NCBI GenBank assembly: GCA_947626195.1
Contig: CANQRF010000007.1
Coordinates: 15,948 to 79,947, forward strand
Direction: 5' to 3'
Source of the DNA: an uncultured Eggerthellaceae bacterium
Lineage (GTDB): Bacteria; Actinomycetota; Coriobacteriia; Coriobacteriales; Eggerthellaceae
Length of the DNA stretch: 64,000 bases
Each line of letters opens with the position of its first letter. The stretch's first letter is position 1. Position numbers and translations under genes: made by a program. This document shows, piece by piece, positions 10,032 to 18,498 of this stretch. The notes under the pieces were generated by a model. The model was not told where the DNA came from and made no database searches. It worked only from the letters and a program-made list of their open reading frames with translations.

Positions 10032-10978
10032 CGAAGGGCATCGCTTAATATTTCATCTATAGCGCTGTATGAAGCATTCCACTGAAGAACTTCAGATGCT
10101 TTTTTCGAGGATGCAACAAGGCTTTCAGGATCACCCTCTCTTCGGGAAGCAATACGGTAGGGGACTGGTTCTCCCGTGATCCGAGAGAGAGCCCCTATCA
10201 TCTCAACAACCGAATACCCATGCTCGCTTCCAAGGTTGAGGCAGACCGAACTCCCACCACCATGAAGATATTCGAGAGCTTTAATATGAGCATCCGCTAT
10301 ATCTAGGACATGAATGAAGTCCCGAATACAAAACCCATCAGGAGTAGGATAATCATCGCCAAACACTTCAAACGGCTTTCCCGTTAATGCGGCCTTAATC
10401 ATAACTGGTATCAGATGTGTTTCCGGGCTATGAGCTTCCCCTATTTGGGCGTCTTTGGAAGCACCTGCTGCGCAGAAATACCTAAGAGCGCAAAATCGAA
10501 GCCCATATGCATGAGAATAATCGTAAAGCATGCGCTCATCAATCAGCTTGGTCGTACCATAGGGGTTAATTGGGTTTTGTGGGTGAGCCTCGTCAATGGG
10601 GGTGTAAAGCGGTTTACCGAACGTGGCGGCAGAAGATGAGAACACCATGTAACGCACACCGTGTTCCACCATCGAAGAGAGCAAGGTTTCCATTTTCGAA
10701 ACGTTATTCATGTAATAACGCGCAGGACGAATAACCGAGTCCGGAACGCTCGCAAATGCTGCTAAATGTATTACCGCGTCAATATCATGCTCGGCGAAAA
10801 TTTGGTCGAGCAGAATCCTGTCCCCATAATCACCCTCGAAGAAGCCGCCCGAGAGAACCGCCTCTCGATGCCCATCGCTCAAATCATCGAGCACGATGGT
10901 ATCGTAGCCAGCCTCCCTCAAAGCCCGATTAACATGGCTTCCTATATATCCTGCTCCACCTGTGATTAACACACTCAT
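10007..10978 (-). CDS. galE: UDP-glucose 4-epimerase
   Basis: 323 aa. MSVLITGGAGYIGSH Rossmann motif, SSSAATFG and YGTTK (YxxxK), with GalE-type length. Confidence 0.85.
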   Translation of the reverse strand: MSVLITGGAGYIGSHVNRALREAGYDTIVLDDLSDGHREAVLSGGFFEGDYGDRILLDQIFAEHDIDAVIHLAAFASVPDSVIRPARYYMNNVSKMETLLSSMVEHGVRYMVFSSSAATFGKPLYTPIDEAHPQNPINPYGTTKLIDERMLYDYSHAYGLRFCALRYFCAAGASKDAQIGEAHSPETHLIPVMIKAALTGKPFEVFGDDYPTPDGFCIRDFIHVLDIADAHIKALEYLHGGGSSVCLNLGSEHGYSVVEMIGALSRITGEPVPYRIASRREGDPESLVASSKKASEVLQWNASYSAIDEILSDALRWQESKKY

Positions 10979-11544
10979 ATAGCTTCACCAAGTATCATTT
11001 CAACAGCAGAAGTGAGGTCGTGCGCCTTAACCCAGTTGGAAGCATCCGCCTCTCCATCATCAACAAGAATACCTTTGATTCCGCATGCATCAGCAGCTTC
11101 CATATCGCTTTTACTGTCGCCAATCATAAACGATCTGCTTTTATCTATATCGAAGTCTTCAAAGGCTTTCTTGAACAATCCTGGTTTCGGCTTACGACAT
11201 TCGCAAGTACCATCCTCATGTGGGCATACATAAATAGCATCAATACGAGCACCGCACTTACATAGCTCTTCTTTCATATATTTATGAATGCTCTCAACAT
11301 CCGCCATCGTCATAAGCCCACGAGCAACACCTCGCTGATTTGTTGCAACAACCACGAGATACCCCGAATCGTTTAAGCGCTTAATGGCGTGTACCACATT
11401 CGGCAAAAGTTCAAACTCTTGCACATTCCTCACATAGGTGGCTGGTATCCCTGTTTTCTTGTTAATGACACCATCGCGGTCTAAGAACACGCAAGGGAGA
11501 GCTTTTGAAGCAATACTAGTCACAGCAGATAATGCGCGTTCCAT
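10975..11544 (-). CDS. gmhB: D,D-heptose-1,7-bisphosphate phosphatase (HAD-IIIA), stand-alone copy
   Basis: VFLDRDGVINK, VVVATNQRGVARG, YVCPHEDGTCECRKPKPGLF and GDSKSDMEAA: HAD motifs plus the GmhB Zn-binding loop. Confidence 0.8.
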   Translation of the reverse strand: MERALSAVTSIASKALPCVFLDRDGVINKKTGIPATYVRNVQEFELLPNVVHAIKRLNDSGYLVVVATNQRGVARGLMTMADVESIHKYMKEELCKCGARIDAIYVCPHEDGTCECRKPKPGLFKKAFEDFDIDKSRSFMIGDSKSDMEAADACGIKGILVDDGEADASNWVKAHDLTSAVEMILGEAI

Positions 11545-12484
11545 AGCTGGTGAAAGTAAACGGGAGCTCTTTCAAGTCAAGGTTTTTTCTTACTTCATCT
11601 TGGCGCTCTTCATCAACATAGAAAAGAAGGAACCCGCTTCCTCCTGCGCCGAGCAGTTTACCTCCCAGAGCTCCAGCTTCCAAGCCTTTCCGATATAACT
11701 CGTCGATCCCTGAGTTTGATATTGAGCCGGCAAGCGTACGTTTTAGTCTCCAACCCTCCGAGAGCAGCTCTCCGAAATATGCGTTAAATCCGTTCGTTTC
11801 GAGATCTTCCTTCAGGCTGTATGCTTGATCCCTCATACGGCACATCGTTGCCTCATTTCGGGACATTTCCTTTTTCTGCTCTGCAAGTATCTGGGCGGTT
11901 TTATGCTCACCGCCCGTGTAGAACATCACCAACTTGCGATCGCTTTTGCGGTAATCATTGTCCGAGAGATTGATGCGTTCCCGCACCACTTTTCCATCCT
12001 GGCAAAAGGCAAAAAAGTTCAACCCGCCACAAGCTGAAGCGTATTGGTCTTGTTTCCCAATGGGGTTTCCGAGAATATCGATTTCAATCTCACACGCTTT
12101 TTCTGCCAGATCGAGCGCTGAAAGCTGCGACCCTTTATAAAGATAGAGCGCATTCAAAAGACCGACGGTGAAGGCCGAGGACGACCCCAGACCCGTTCCT
12201 TTCGGAATGTCGGAAACCGATGTTATCTCCACACCATGCGTGATACCCGTCATGCGAAGGCATTCGCGCACAATATCGTGTTTGACCTGGCTCGCGTCAT
12301 CGACAATTTCTGTATCCGAATACGACACACGCACCGAGTCGTCAAAACGTCGATTCACTGTGATATACATATACTTGTTTATAGCAGCGCTCACTACCGC
12401 CCCGCTGTATTTGGAATAGAAGTCTTTGATGTCAGTACCGCCACCGACAAAACTTATCCTAAAAGGCGTCTTTGAAATTATCAT
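11516..12484 (-). CDS. GHMP kinase paralogue (heptose-7-phosphate kinase type), copy 2
   Basis: 322 aa with MIISKTPFRISFVGGGTDI, PKGTGLGSSSAF and GGKLLGAGGSGFLLF. The architecture matches 7091-8083 but the sequence is diverged. Confidence 0.7.
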   Translation of the reverse strand: MIISKTPFRISFVGGGTDIKDFYSKYSGAVVSAAINKYMYITVNRRFDDSVRVSYSDTEIVDDASQVKHDIVRECLRMTGITHGVEITSVSDIPKGTGLGSSSAFTVGLLNALYLYKGSQLSALDLAEKACEIEIDILGNPIGKQDQYASACGGLNFFAFCQDGKVVRERINLSDNDYRKSDRKLVMFYTGGEHKTAQILAEQKKEMSRNEATMCRMRDQAYSLKEDLETNGFNAYFGELLSEGWRLKRTLAGSISNSGIDELYRKGLEAGALGGKLLGAGGSGFLLFYVDEERQDEVRKNLDLKELPFTFTSYGTRIICCD

Positions 12485-12485
12485 T

Positions 12486-13121
12486 CTATTTTCCCGTGCG
12501 CTTAAACAAGACTTTCACTGTCAGCACTATAATCTTTGCATCAAGCGCTATTCCTTGATGCTCAACATAATAGAGTTGTAGTTTCTTTGCTTCTTCGCTC
12601 AAATAGGGAACGCTACTTCTCCCAATTACTTGCCAATATCCGGTAATGCCTGGACGCACCGAGAGTAGTAAATCTTCATTTTTGCCATACGTTTGCGCCT
12701 CTCGAGCAGTGACTGGCCTTGGTCCGATTAAGCTCATCTCCCCCACGAGAACATTCAATAATTGGGGGAGTTCGTCGATGTTGTGAACCCTGAGAAATCT
12801 CCCGAGGCGCGTTATCCGCGGATCATCGAACGACTTATCACCTTTAAGATATAGTTCTAGCTCTTCTTTCGATAAGTATTTTTCCAAGTTATCCGAGTCT
12901 TCCACCATGCTTCGAAATTTGAGCATTTGAAACGGCTTTTCACCTTTACCGAGACATGCTCGTTTATGAAATACTTCTCCGCCGTCTGATAGTTTTATCG
13001 CGACACCTACAATAACGCACGGAACGAATACCACAGTAATAGCCAGAAGCGATATGACAACATCGAACGATCTTTTTATGGGGTGGTAATACCACTTTGG
13101 CTGCTGCTCAGAATTCCGCAT
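12486..13121 (-). CDS. Initiating phosphoglycosyl transferase (bacterial sugar transferase family, small PglC/WbaP-C type)
   Basis: 211 aa with one N-terminal re-entrant/TM helix, followed by KFRSM, DELPQLLNVL.GEMSLIGPRP and RPGITGYWQV motifs. Confidence 0.8.
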   Translation of the reverse strand: MRNSEQQPKWYYHPIKRSFDVVISLLAITVVFVPCVIVGVAIKLSDGGEVFHKRACLGKGEKPFQMLKFRSMVEDSDNLEKYLSKEELELYLKGDKSFDDPRITRLGRFLRVHNIDELPQLLNVLVGEMSLIGPRPVTAREAQTYGKNEDLLLSVRPGITGYWQVIGRSSVPYLSEEAKKLQLYYVEHQGIALDAKIIVLTVKVLFKRTGK

Positions 13122-13821
13122 AGGTAATCATCCTATGCGGGGAGCTAAACAGGAATTTAGTAAGCCCCCCCCCAGGTCTAAATATTGCGCTTACAGTCTT
13201 GACTAATACCCAAGCGTCAAATCTCAAACTCCTATGATCGATATAATATAGTTCAAGCTGTTGTCGCTCGTGATCTTTATATCTCGTCTTCCCTCTTCCC
13301 ACGACTTGCCAATACCCCGTAATGCCGGGTCGAACCGACAAGAGCTTACCGATGTCGTTTCCATAAGCCTGAATCTCGCTTTTGACGACAGGACGTGGTC
13401 CCACGATTGACATTTGCCCAAGAAGCACATTTATAAACTGCGGGATCTCGTCAATGGATGTCTTTCTTAGGAATCTTCCAAGAGGAGTCACCCTTGGGTC
13501 GTTTTCCAGTTTTCGTTCCTGCCTCCAAGCTTCTAATTGACGATCATCCAAATACTTTTCAACATCATCTGCATCTGCGACCATAGTTCTGAATTTCAAC
13601 ATCGGAAATGTTGCAAGCGGTTCTTTTGGAGTTTGCTTCTTGCAACATTGCTGTGAGTATATTGGCGCACCAAAACTTGTAAGAGATATAGCTATACATA
13701 CTATTAGTGCTGGAATGCATAAAACAACAATTACAAGCAACGAAAAAACGATATCAAAGGTGCGCTTAAAGAACAGATAGGCTGTGTTTTCTCTTGCAAT
13801 GTTGCCCATACTTAGCGTCAC
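13108..13821 (-). CDS. Second initiating phosphoglycosyl transferase (tandem paralogue)
   Basis: 237 aa with the same motif set (KFRTM, DEIPQFINVLLGQMSIVGPRP, RPGITGYWQV). It is the first gene of the minus-strand cluster. Confidence 0.8.
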   Translation of the reverse strand: MTLSMGNIARENTAYLFFKRTFDIVFSLLVIVVLCIPALIVCIAISLTSFGAPIYSQQCCKKQTPKEPLATFPMLKFRTMVADADDVEKYLDDRQLEAWRQERKLENDPRVTPLGRFLRKTSIDEIPQFINVLLGQMSIVGPRPVVKSEIQAYGNDIGKLLSVRPGITGYWQVVGRGKTRYKDHERQQLELYYIDHRSLRFDAWVLVKTVSAIFRPGGGLTKFLFSSPHRMITYAEF

Positions 13822-14386
13822 TCATGCCAACGATATATTATGAGACCGTCGGCTCAACCTCCTTTGTTTAAAACCTTCACGAAAACACATGCGATGAATA
13901 GCAATTGCTAGAACCGGATGCTTCGCAGGACTACGCTGATGTGTGTCAACGCATTACCCTGCTTATGGCATGGCTTCGCCATTGCCTAAGGCTTTATGCT
14001 GCTATTCCCACAACGAAACGCACACGCGGCATCGTTTCGTCTCTATGTTTCCGCTGATAACCAACGGGGCAAAACTTCTTTGAGCAGTATAGTATACTCG
14101 TTTCTAAATTGCAGGAATATTGTTAACTTTGTGCATGTCTATACATGGAAAAATGATAATGAAGCGCCTAACAGGTTCTCGGAATCAGCCTTCGAGGGAA
14201 GCCCGAGAAGCTTTCTTCGCTCATGGGAATCCTATACAACTCAAGTAGGTCATGTTGCTCAATTGTGATGACATTCCCTGAAACGGCTGCTAAAATCCCC
14301 CAAGCAGATAAAGAAACTCGACGGCGGCTACCGGTCGTTTTGACCGACGTGCGGCCAAATAGTGGAATATAGAACAGGGATAGGAA

Positions 14387-15037
14387 ATGACGCTTTTTGA
14401 TCTTTTGAATTTGATGCGCAAACGTCTTTGGATGGTGATTGCCTTGCCGCTCGTCTGCGCCTTGGCCACTGCCGCTTATAGCTGGCTCATGCTTCCAAAC
14501 ACCTACACATCAAGCGTGACTATCTACGTGCTCGCACGAAACAGCGTTGACCAATCGAACCTGAGCAGCGAGCTTTCCGCCAGCCAGATGATCACCAACG
14601 ATGTCGCAAGCCTCGTGAAAAGCGCGCGCGTTACGTCTCAGACGGCTCAAGAGCTCGGTTTGCCTGATTTAGACAACTATTCGATCAGCGTTAACAGCGC
14701 TACCAACACACGCGTTATCACCATCTCTACGACTGGCGCATCCCCCATGCACGTTGCAGAGGTTGCGAACGAACTTGCCGCTGTGACAAACGATATCGCG
14801 CAGGAAGTTATGGATGTGGAAAGCGTTAACGTGCTTGATAAAGCCGCGCCACCCGCAGACCCTTCAGGCCCACCACGGACGCTTTATACTTTAGTGGCTG
14901 CAATTGCTGGCTTCTTTCTCGCTGTTGCCGCCATCGTTCTGCGAGATAGCATGAACACAAAAGTTCGCACACCCGACGATGTTGAGGAGCTTTTGGGCGT
15001 CCCCGTCGTCGGCCGGGTGCCTTCAATGAAGCACTGA
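14387..15037 (+). CDS. Wzz/CpsC-type polysaccharide chain-length determinant (tyrosine-kinase modulator-like), no kinase domain
   Basis: 216 aa with an N-terminal TM (LWMVIALPLVCALATAAY), a periplasm-like middle region and a second TM (LYTLVAAIAGFFLAVAAIVL). It ends with DDVEELLGVPVVGRVP, the segment that normally precedes or contacts a BY-kinase domain. Confidence 0.7.
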   Translation: MTLFDLLNLMRKRLWMVIALPLVCALATAAYSWLMLPNTYTSSVTIYVLARNSVDQSNLSSELSASQMITNDVASLVKSARVTSQTAQELGLPDLDNYSISVNSATNTRVITISTTGASPMHVAEVANELAAVTNDIAQEVMDVESVNVLDKAAPPADPSGPPRTLYTLVAAIAGFFLAVAAIVLRDSMNTKVRTPDDVEELLGVPVVGRVPSMKH

Positions 15038-15238
15038 GGTCGGTTCTACTTCCGGTCTTGATGGAGGTCAAGCTTATCGTGCTCACAAAATCTTCATATG
15101 AACTTCGTGCACGGGTAACGTTTTCGTCGCACCCCGAAACATTTTAAGAAAATTCACCAAAAGTGCTTTTAATCTGCTAGTATGTTTAAGTCCGTTATGG
15201 GATAGGTATGTTGTGAAACGAAAAGGAAAGAGGATGTT

Positions 15239-15874
15239 ATGAAGAAATTACTCGCAGTTCTTTTTACCGCAATGCTAACGATGGCTCTGCCGGCTGCTGC
15301 GTGGGCGCATGGCAGTGACTCCACCATAGTACCAGGCCCAAGCTATGAAGGCCAATCGGGTGGTGCTACCTATCAAATCGCTGGCGCTCCAGCTGGAACA
15401 ACTCTTGAGATTTCTGGCGGAGCAGTCGATGTCGCAAACGTTGCCGACCAACTGAATGCAACGTTTGGCACCAATGCCACCTATGTTGCCGGCGCTGTCT
15501 TTGACTTCAACGCCCTGCTCAATGGCGCTGCTTACAAGCTTCCTGCGGATGCCATGCTCACCATCGCTTTCCCCGTGCCTTCTGAGTACAACGGGCATCG
15601 CGCACAGGCCGTTGTTATCCATGACGATGGCACCACGCAAACATGGTCGAACCTCACCGTGACCAATGGCAGTGTAACGCTCTCTGGCATTCAGGGCACC
15701 AGCACGGCCTATATCGGGATCACCGACGAGGTTGTTTCCGGTGGCGCCAATGCTGGCAGCACCTCCCCTCAAACTGGCGTTGACTTCACGGGCGTTGCCC
15801 TCATCACCGGAGCTGCAGCTGTAGCGGCGTGCTTCGCGGGCATCACCCTTCGTAAGAAAGTAACCAACAAGTAA
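15239..15874 (+). CDS. Secreted cell-wall-anchored surface protein with SPQTG sorting signal
   Basis: Signal peptide MKKLLAVLFTAMLTMALPAAAWA. The C-terminus is SPQTG, then a hydrophobic stretch (VDFTGVALITGAAAVAACFAGI), then a basic tail (TLRKKVTNK). This is a classical tripartite sortase sorting signal. Confidence 0.65.
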   Translation: MKKLLAVLFTAMLTMALPAAAWAHGSDSTIVPGPSYEGQSGGATYQIAGAPAGTTLEISGGAVDVANVADQLNATFGTNATYVAGAVFDFNALLNGAAYKLPADAMLTIAFPVPSEYNGHRAQAVVIHDDGTTQTWSNLTVTNGSVTLSGIQGTSTAYIGITDEVVSGGANAGSTSPQTGVDFTGVALITGAAAVAACFAGITLRKKVTNK

Positions 15875-15908
15875 GTAGTCTTTTCGTGATACATACCTTA
15901 ATCCTTTT

Positions 15909-15946
15909 AAGAAGAAGGAATCTTTCGGGATTTCTTCTTCTTTTCT
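15909..15946 (+). terminator. Rho-independent terminator after the surface-protein gene
   Basis: Stem AGAAGAAGGAATC / GATTTCTTCTTCT (one mismatch) with loop TTTCGG, followed by a T-rich tract. Confidence 0.5.
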
Positions 15947-16075
15947 TGCCCAAACCCTTGCATGAGCACTGCCTAAAGTGATGTAATATTCAATCGTTGC
16001 TCATATGTTGTTTTGCGAGATGAAACGGCATATTGCAAGAGACTAACCACCGGCCAGCGCGGCGGCTCGACGCCA

Positions 16076-17032
16076 ATGCGCAGGCAAACTTTCGAAGGGA
16101 TGGCTTGGCACATAATGGCGTCAAAACACAGCAGTAATACACCACGGCGCCAGCCAAGCCACTCCGCCTCTTCACAGCACTCCACAGTTGACCGGCCTCA
16201 GCGGCAAGACCGTGGGAAGCAGCCCCCCAGCACCCCGAAGAAGAGGAAACCCTCCACAATCGCGCTTGCCATCGTCCTGGCCGTTTTGATTGCTATCGTA
16301 GCGGGAGGTATCGGCTACATCGTATGGCAAAACGCCGAGATGCAGCGTGCCGCCGAGGAGCTGAAGAACACGCCCATCCCCGAAACGCCCGTGGCTAACG
16401 ACACGCCTGAGAACGTGGCGCCGGACAACCGCGTGGAGAACCCCATTGATTTCGCAACACTTATGGCGGAAAACCCCGATATCTATGCCTGGATCTACAT
16501 CCCTGGGACCAATGTGAACTACCCCATCGTGCAAAACCCCAATGACGACAGCTTCTATCTTGACCATAACGATCATCAGGAATACGCTGCCGAGGGCGCT
16601 GTCTATTCCGAGATGCAAAACGACAAGCAATTCACCGATCCGGTGACCGTGCTCTATGGCCACACGATGAACGACACGAGCATTATGTTCGGCACGCTGC
16701 ATTACTTCGAAGACCCCCAGTTCTTCGAGCAAAACGACACGATGTACATTTACACACCCACCGAGATACTCACCTACCGCATTATCAGTGCCTACATCTA
16801 CGACAACCGCCACATCCTGAATTCCTTCAACTTCTCTGAGCGGAGCGTTCTGCAGGAATATTTCGATTACGTGGCGAACCCGTCTTCGATTATCAGCAGC
16901 GTTCGCAGCGGCACGGCCTTGGATGCGGCGACCAGCCGAATCGTGCAGCTGAGCACCTGCACTTCCACCCACGACCGCCAGAGCCGCTATATCGTCACAG
17001 GAGAATTGGTTGATGAGCAAGAGACCTTCTGA
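16076..17032 (+). CDS. srtB: Class B sortase
   Basis: Cytoplasmic tail and TM (IALAIVLAVLIAIVAGGIGYIV). Then NPDIYAWIYIPGTNVNYPIVQ, catalytic His in VLYGHTMND, Cys in IVQLSTC and Arg in SRYIVTG. The start is uncertain (candidates at 16013 TTG and ATGs at 16076, 16100, 16115). Confidence 0.8.
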   Translation: MRRQTFEGMAWHIMASKHSSNTPRRQPSHSASSQHSTVDRPQRQDRGKQPPSTPKKRKPSTIALAIVLAVLIAIVAGGIGYIVWQNAEMQRAAEELKNTPIPETPVANDTPENVAPDNRVENPIDFATLMAENPDIYAWIYIPGTNVNYPIVQNPNDDSFYLDHNDHQEYAAEGAVYSEMQNDKQFTDPVTVLYGHTMNDTSIMFGTLHYFEDPQFFEQNDTMYIYTPTEILTYRIISAYIYDNRHILNSFNFSERSVLQEYFDYVANPSSIISSVRSGTALDAATSRIVQLSTCTSTHDRQSRYIVTGELVDEQETF

Positions 17033-18344
17033 TTACCCGAACCAGCCGCGCCCAACACAGCGCGACTCAAAGCAGAGCTCACCCGCCATATACGGCATGC
17101 CCCAGCAGAGCCGCTCTGCAGCCAATCGTTCGCAGGCCACCTCTTCTTCATCCTACCATCAGCCAAAGCATCGTTCGTCCTCCAGTGAGCTTTCGCGCGA
17201 ATACGTGAAAACGAAGGACGGCACGACGATCGTCCGCGTGAAGAAGCGTAAGAACAAGGCGAGGCGCCGCATCATCATTGTAGCGGTGGTCGTGCTTGCC
17301 ATCGTGGGCATCGGCGCCGGCACGGTGTTCGGCCTTACCTCGATGGGCAAGGCAAACCTTCACCAAGCACCCGAAGAGATCGAGGTGAACGAGGAGGCCG
17401 TTTCCTTTAACGATGGACGCACCGTCGAATACAACGGCCACACCTACGCATATAATGAGAACGTAGTGTCCATCTGCCTCATCGGCTACGACCGCACGGG
17501 CAACCAGGAGGAAGAGGGCATACGTGGCCAATCAGACGCCATTATGGTGGCCGCGCTCGACACCGAGACCGGCAAGGCGTCGGTGATTGCCATTCCGCGC
17601 AACTCCCTCGTTGATGTGCCCGAGTATTACAACGGGCAATACCTCGGCACCCAAAAGGATCAGATCTGCCTGGCCTTCGCCTCGGGCGCTAACGACGCCG
17701 AGAGCAGCGAGATCGTCACCACGGTGGCCTCGCGCGTGCTGTACAACATGCCTATCAACTATTACTACGCGATCGACCGGCAGGCGCTTGGCATGCTTGC
17801 CGACGCCATCGGCGGCGTGTCGCTGACCGCGCTGCAGACGATTCCCGGCACCAACATCTATGAGGGGGAGGATGTGATCCTCCTGGGGAACAACGCCATC
17901 AAGTATGTGCAGTGGCGCGACACCACGAACTACCTCTCCCCGCTCGATCGCCAGGAACGGCAGATCCAGTTCGTGAAAGCCCTTGCCTCGCAGGCGCTTT
18001 CCGCCCTGAAGAGCAACCCCTCGATCATCGTTGACCTCTTCAACGCGATGTCGTCCTATGCCACAACGAACCTTGGCGTGAGCGAGGTGAGCTATCTGGC
18101 GAGCGTGCTTGCCTCGCACGGCATTTCAGACCTGAATATGATCAAGCTTGAGGGAACGATGGAGCCGCGCGAGTATTCTTCGGAATTCATTCTCGACCAG
18201 AGCAGCGTTTACCAGACAGTGCTCGACGTGTACTACACGCAACTGCCCGATTCCGAGAGCACTGCTGCGGGCGATGCGAACGCTGCTGAAAACACCGCTT
18301 CAGAAGCCTCTGGCGCCGCAAGCGAAGGTAACAACGTCGAGTAA
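17010..18344 (+). CDS. LytR-CpsA-Psr (LCP) family cell-wall glycopolymer ligase
   Basis: 444 aa with an N-terminal disordered tail, a TM (RRIIIVAVVVLAIVGIGAG) and an LCP core (ICLIGYDRTG...SDAIMVAALDTETGKASVIAIPRNS). Confidence 0.85.
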   Translation: MMSKRPSDYPNQPRPTQRDSKQSSPAIYGMPQQSRSAANRSQATSSSSYHQPKHRSSSSELSREYVKTKDGTTIVRVKKRKNKARRRIIIVAVVVLAIVGIGAGTVFGLTSMGKANLHQAPEEIEVNEEAVSFNDGRTVEYNGHTYAYNENVVSICLIGYDRTGNQEEEGIRGQSDAIMVAALDTETGKASVIAIPRNSLVDVPEYYNGQYLGTQKDQICLAFASGANDAESSEIVTTVASRVLYNMPINYYYAIDRQALGMLADAIGGVSLTALQTIPGTNIYEGEDVILLGNNAIKYVQWRDTTNYLSPLDRQERQIQFVKALASQALSALKSNPSIIVDLFNAMSSYATTNLGVSEVSYLASVLASHGISDLNMIKLEGTMEPREYSSEFILDQSSVYQTVLDVYYTQLPDSESTAAGDANAAENTASEASGAASEGNNVE

Positions 18345-18498
18345 CACCGTTGAGTCATGGACGAGGGTGCAAGGCATTTCTCACTGTTCCACTTAGAGTA
18401 AATCAGCATCGGTTTAACTTTTGTTTAATCGTAATTAGTATAAATATGATATAACAATATCTGCTATCACGAAGACTTCTTTCTGAGAGGAATACACG

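Noticed and set aside
13996-14268. 90-aa ORF in the 565-bp gap between the AT-rich locus and wzz, and the hairpin ACGAAACG-N12-CGTTTCGT at about 14013-14040.
   Set aside because: The ORF has no RBS or motif and lies in a compositional transition zone. The hairpin lacks a T-tract and cannot be assigned a role from sequence alone.
14323-14331. GGCGGCTAC upstream of wzz resembling the ops/JUMPstart element (GGCGGTAG) of RfaH-dependent polysaccharide operons.
   Set aside because: It does not match the ops consensus. ops/RfaH is a proteobacterial system, and the element would face the wzz gene rather than the large glycan operon.
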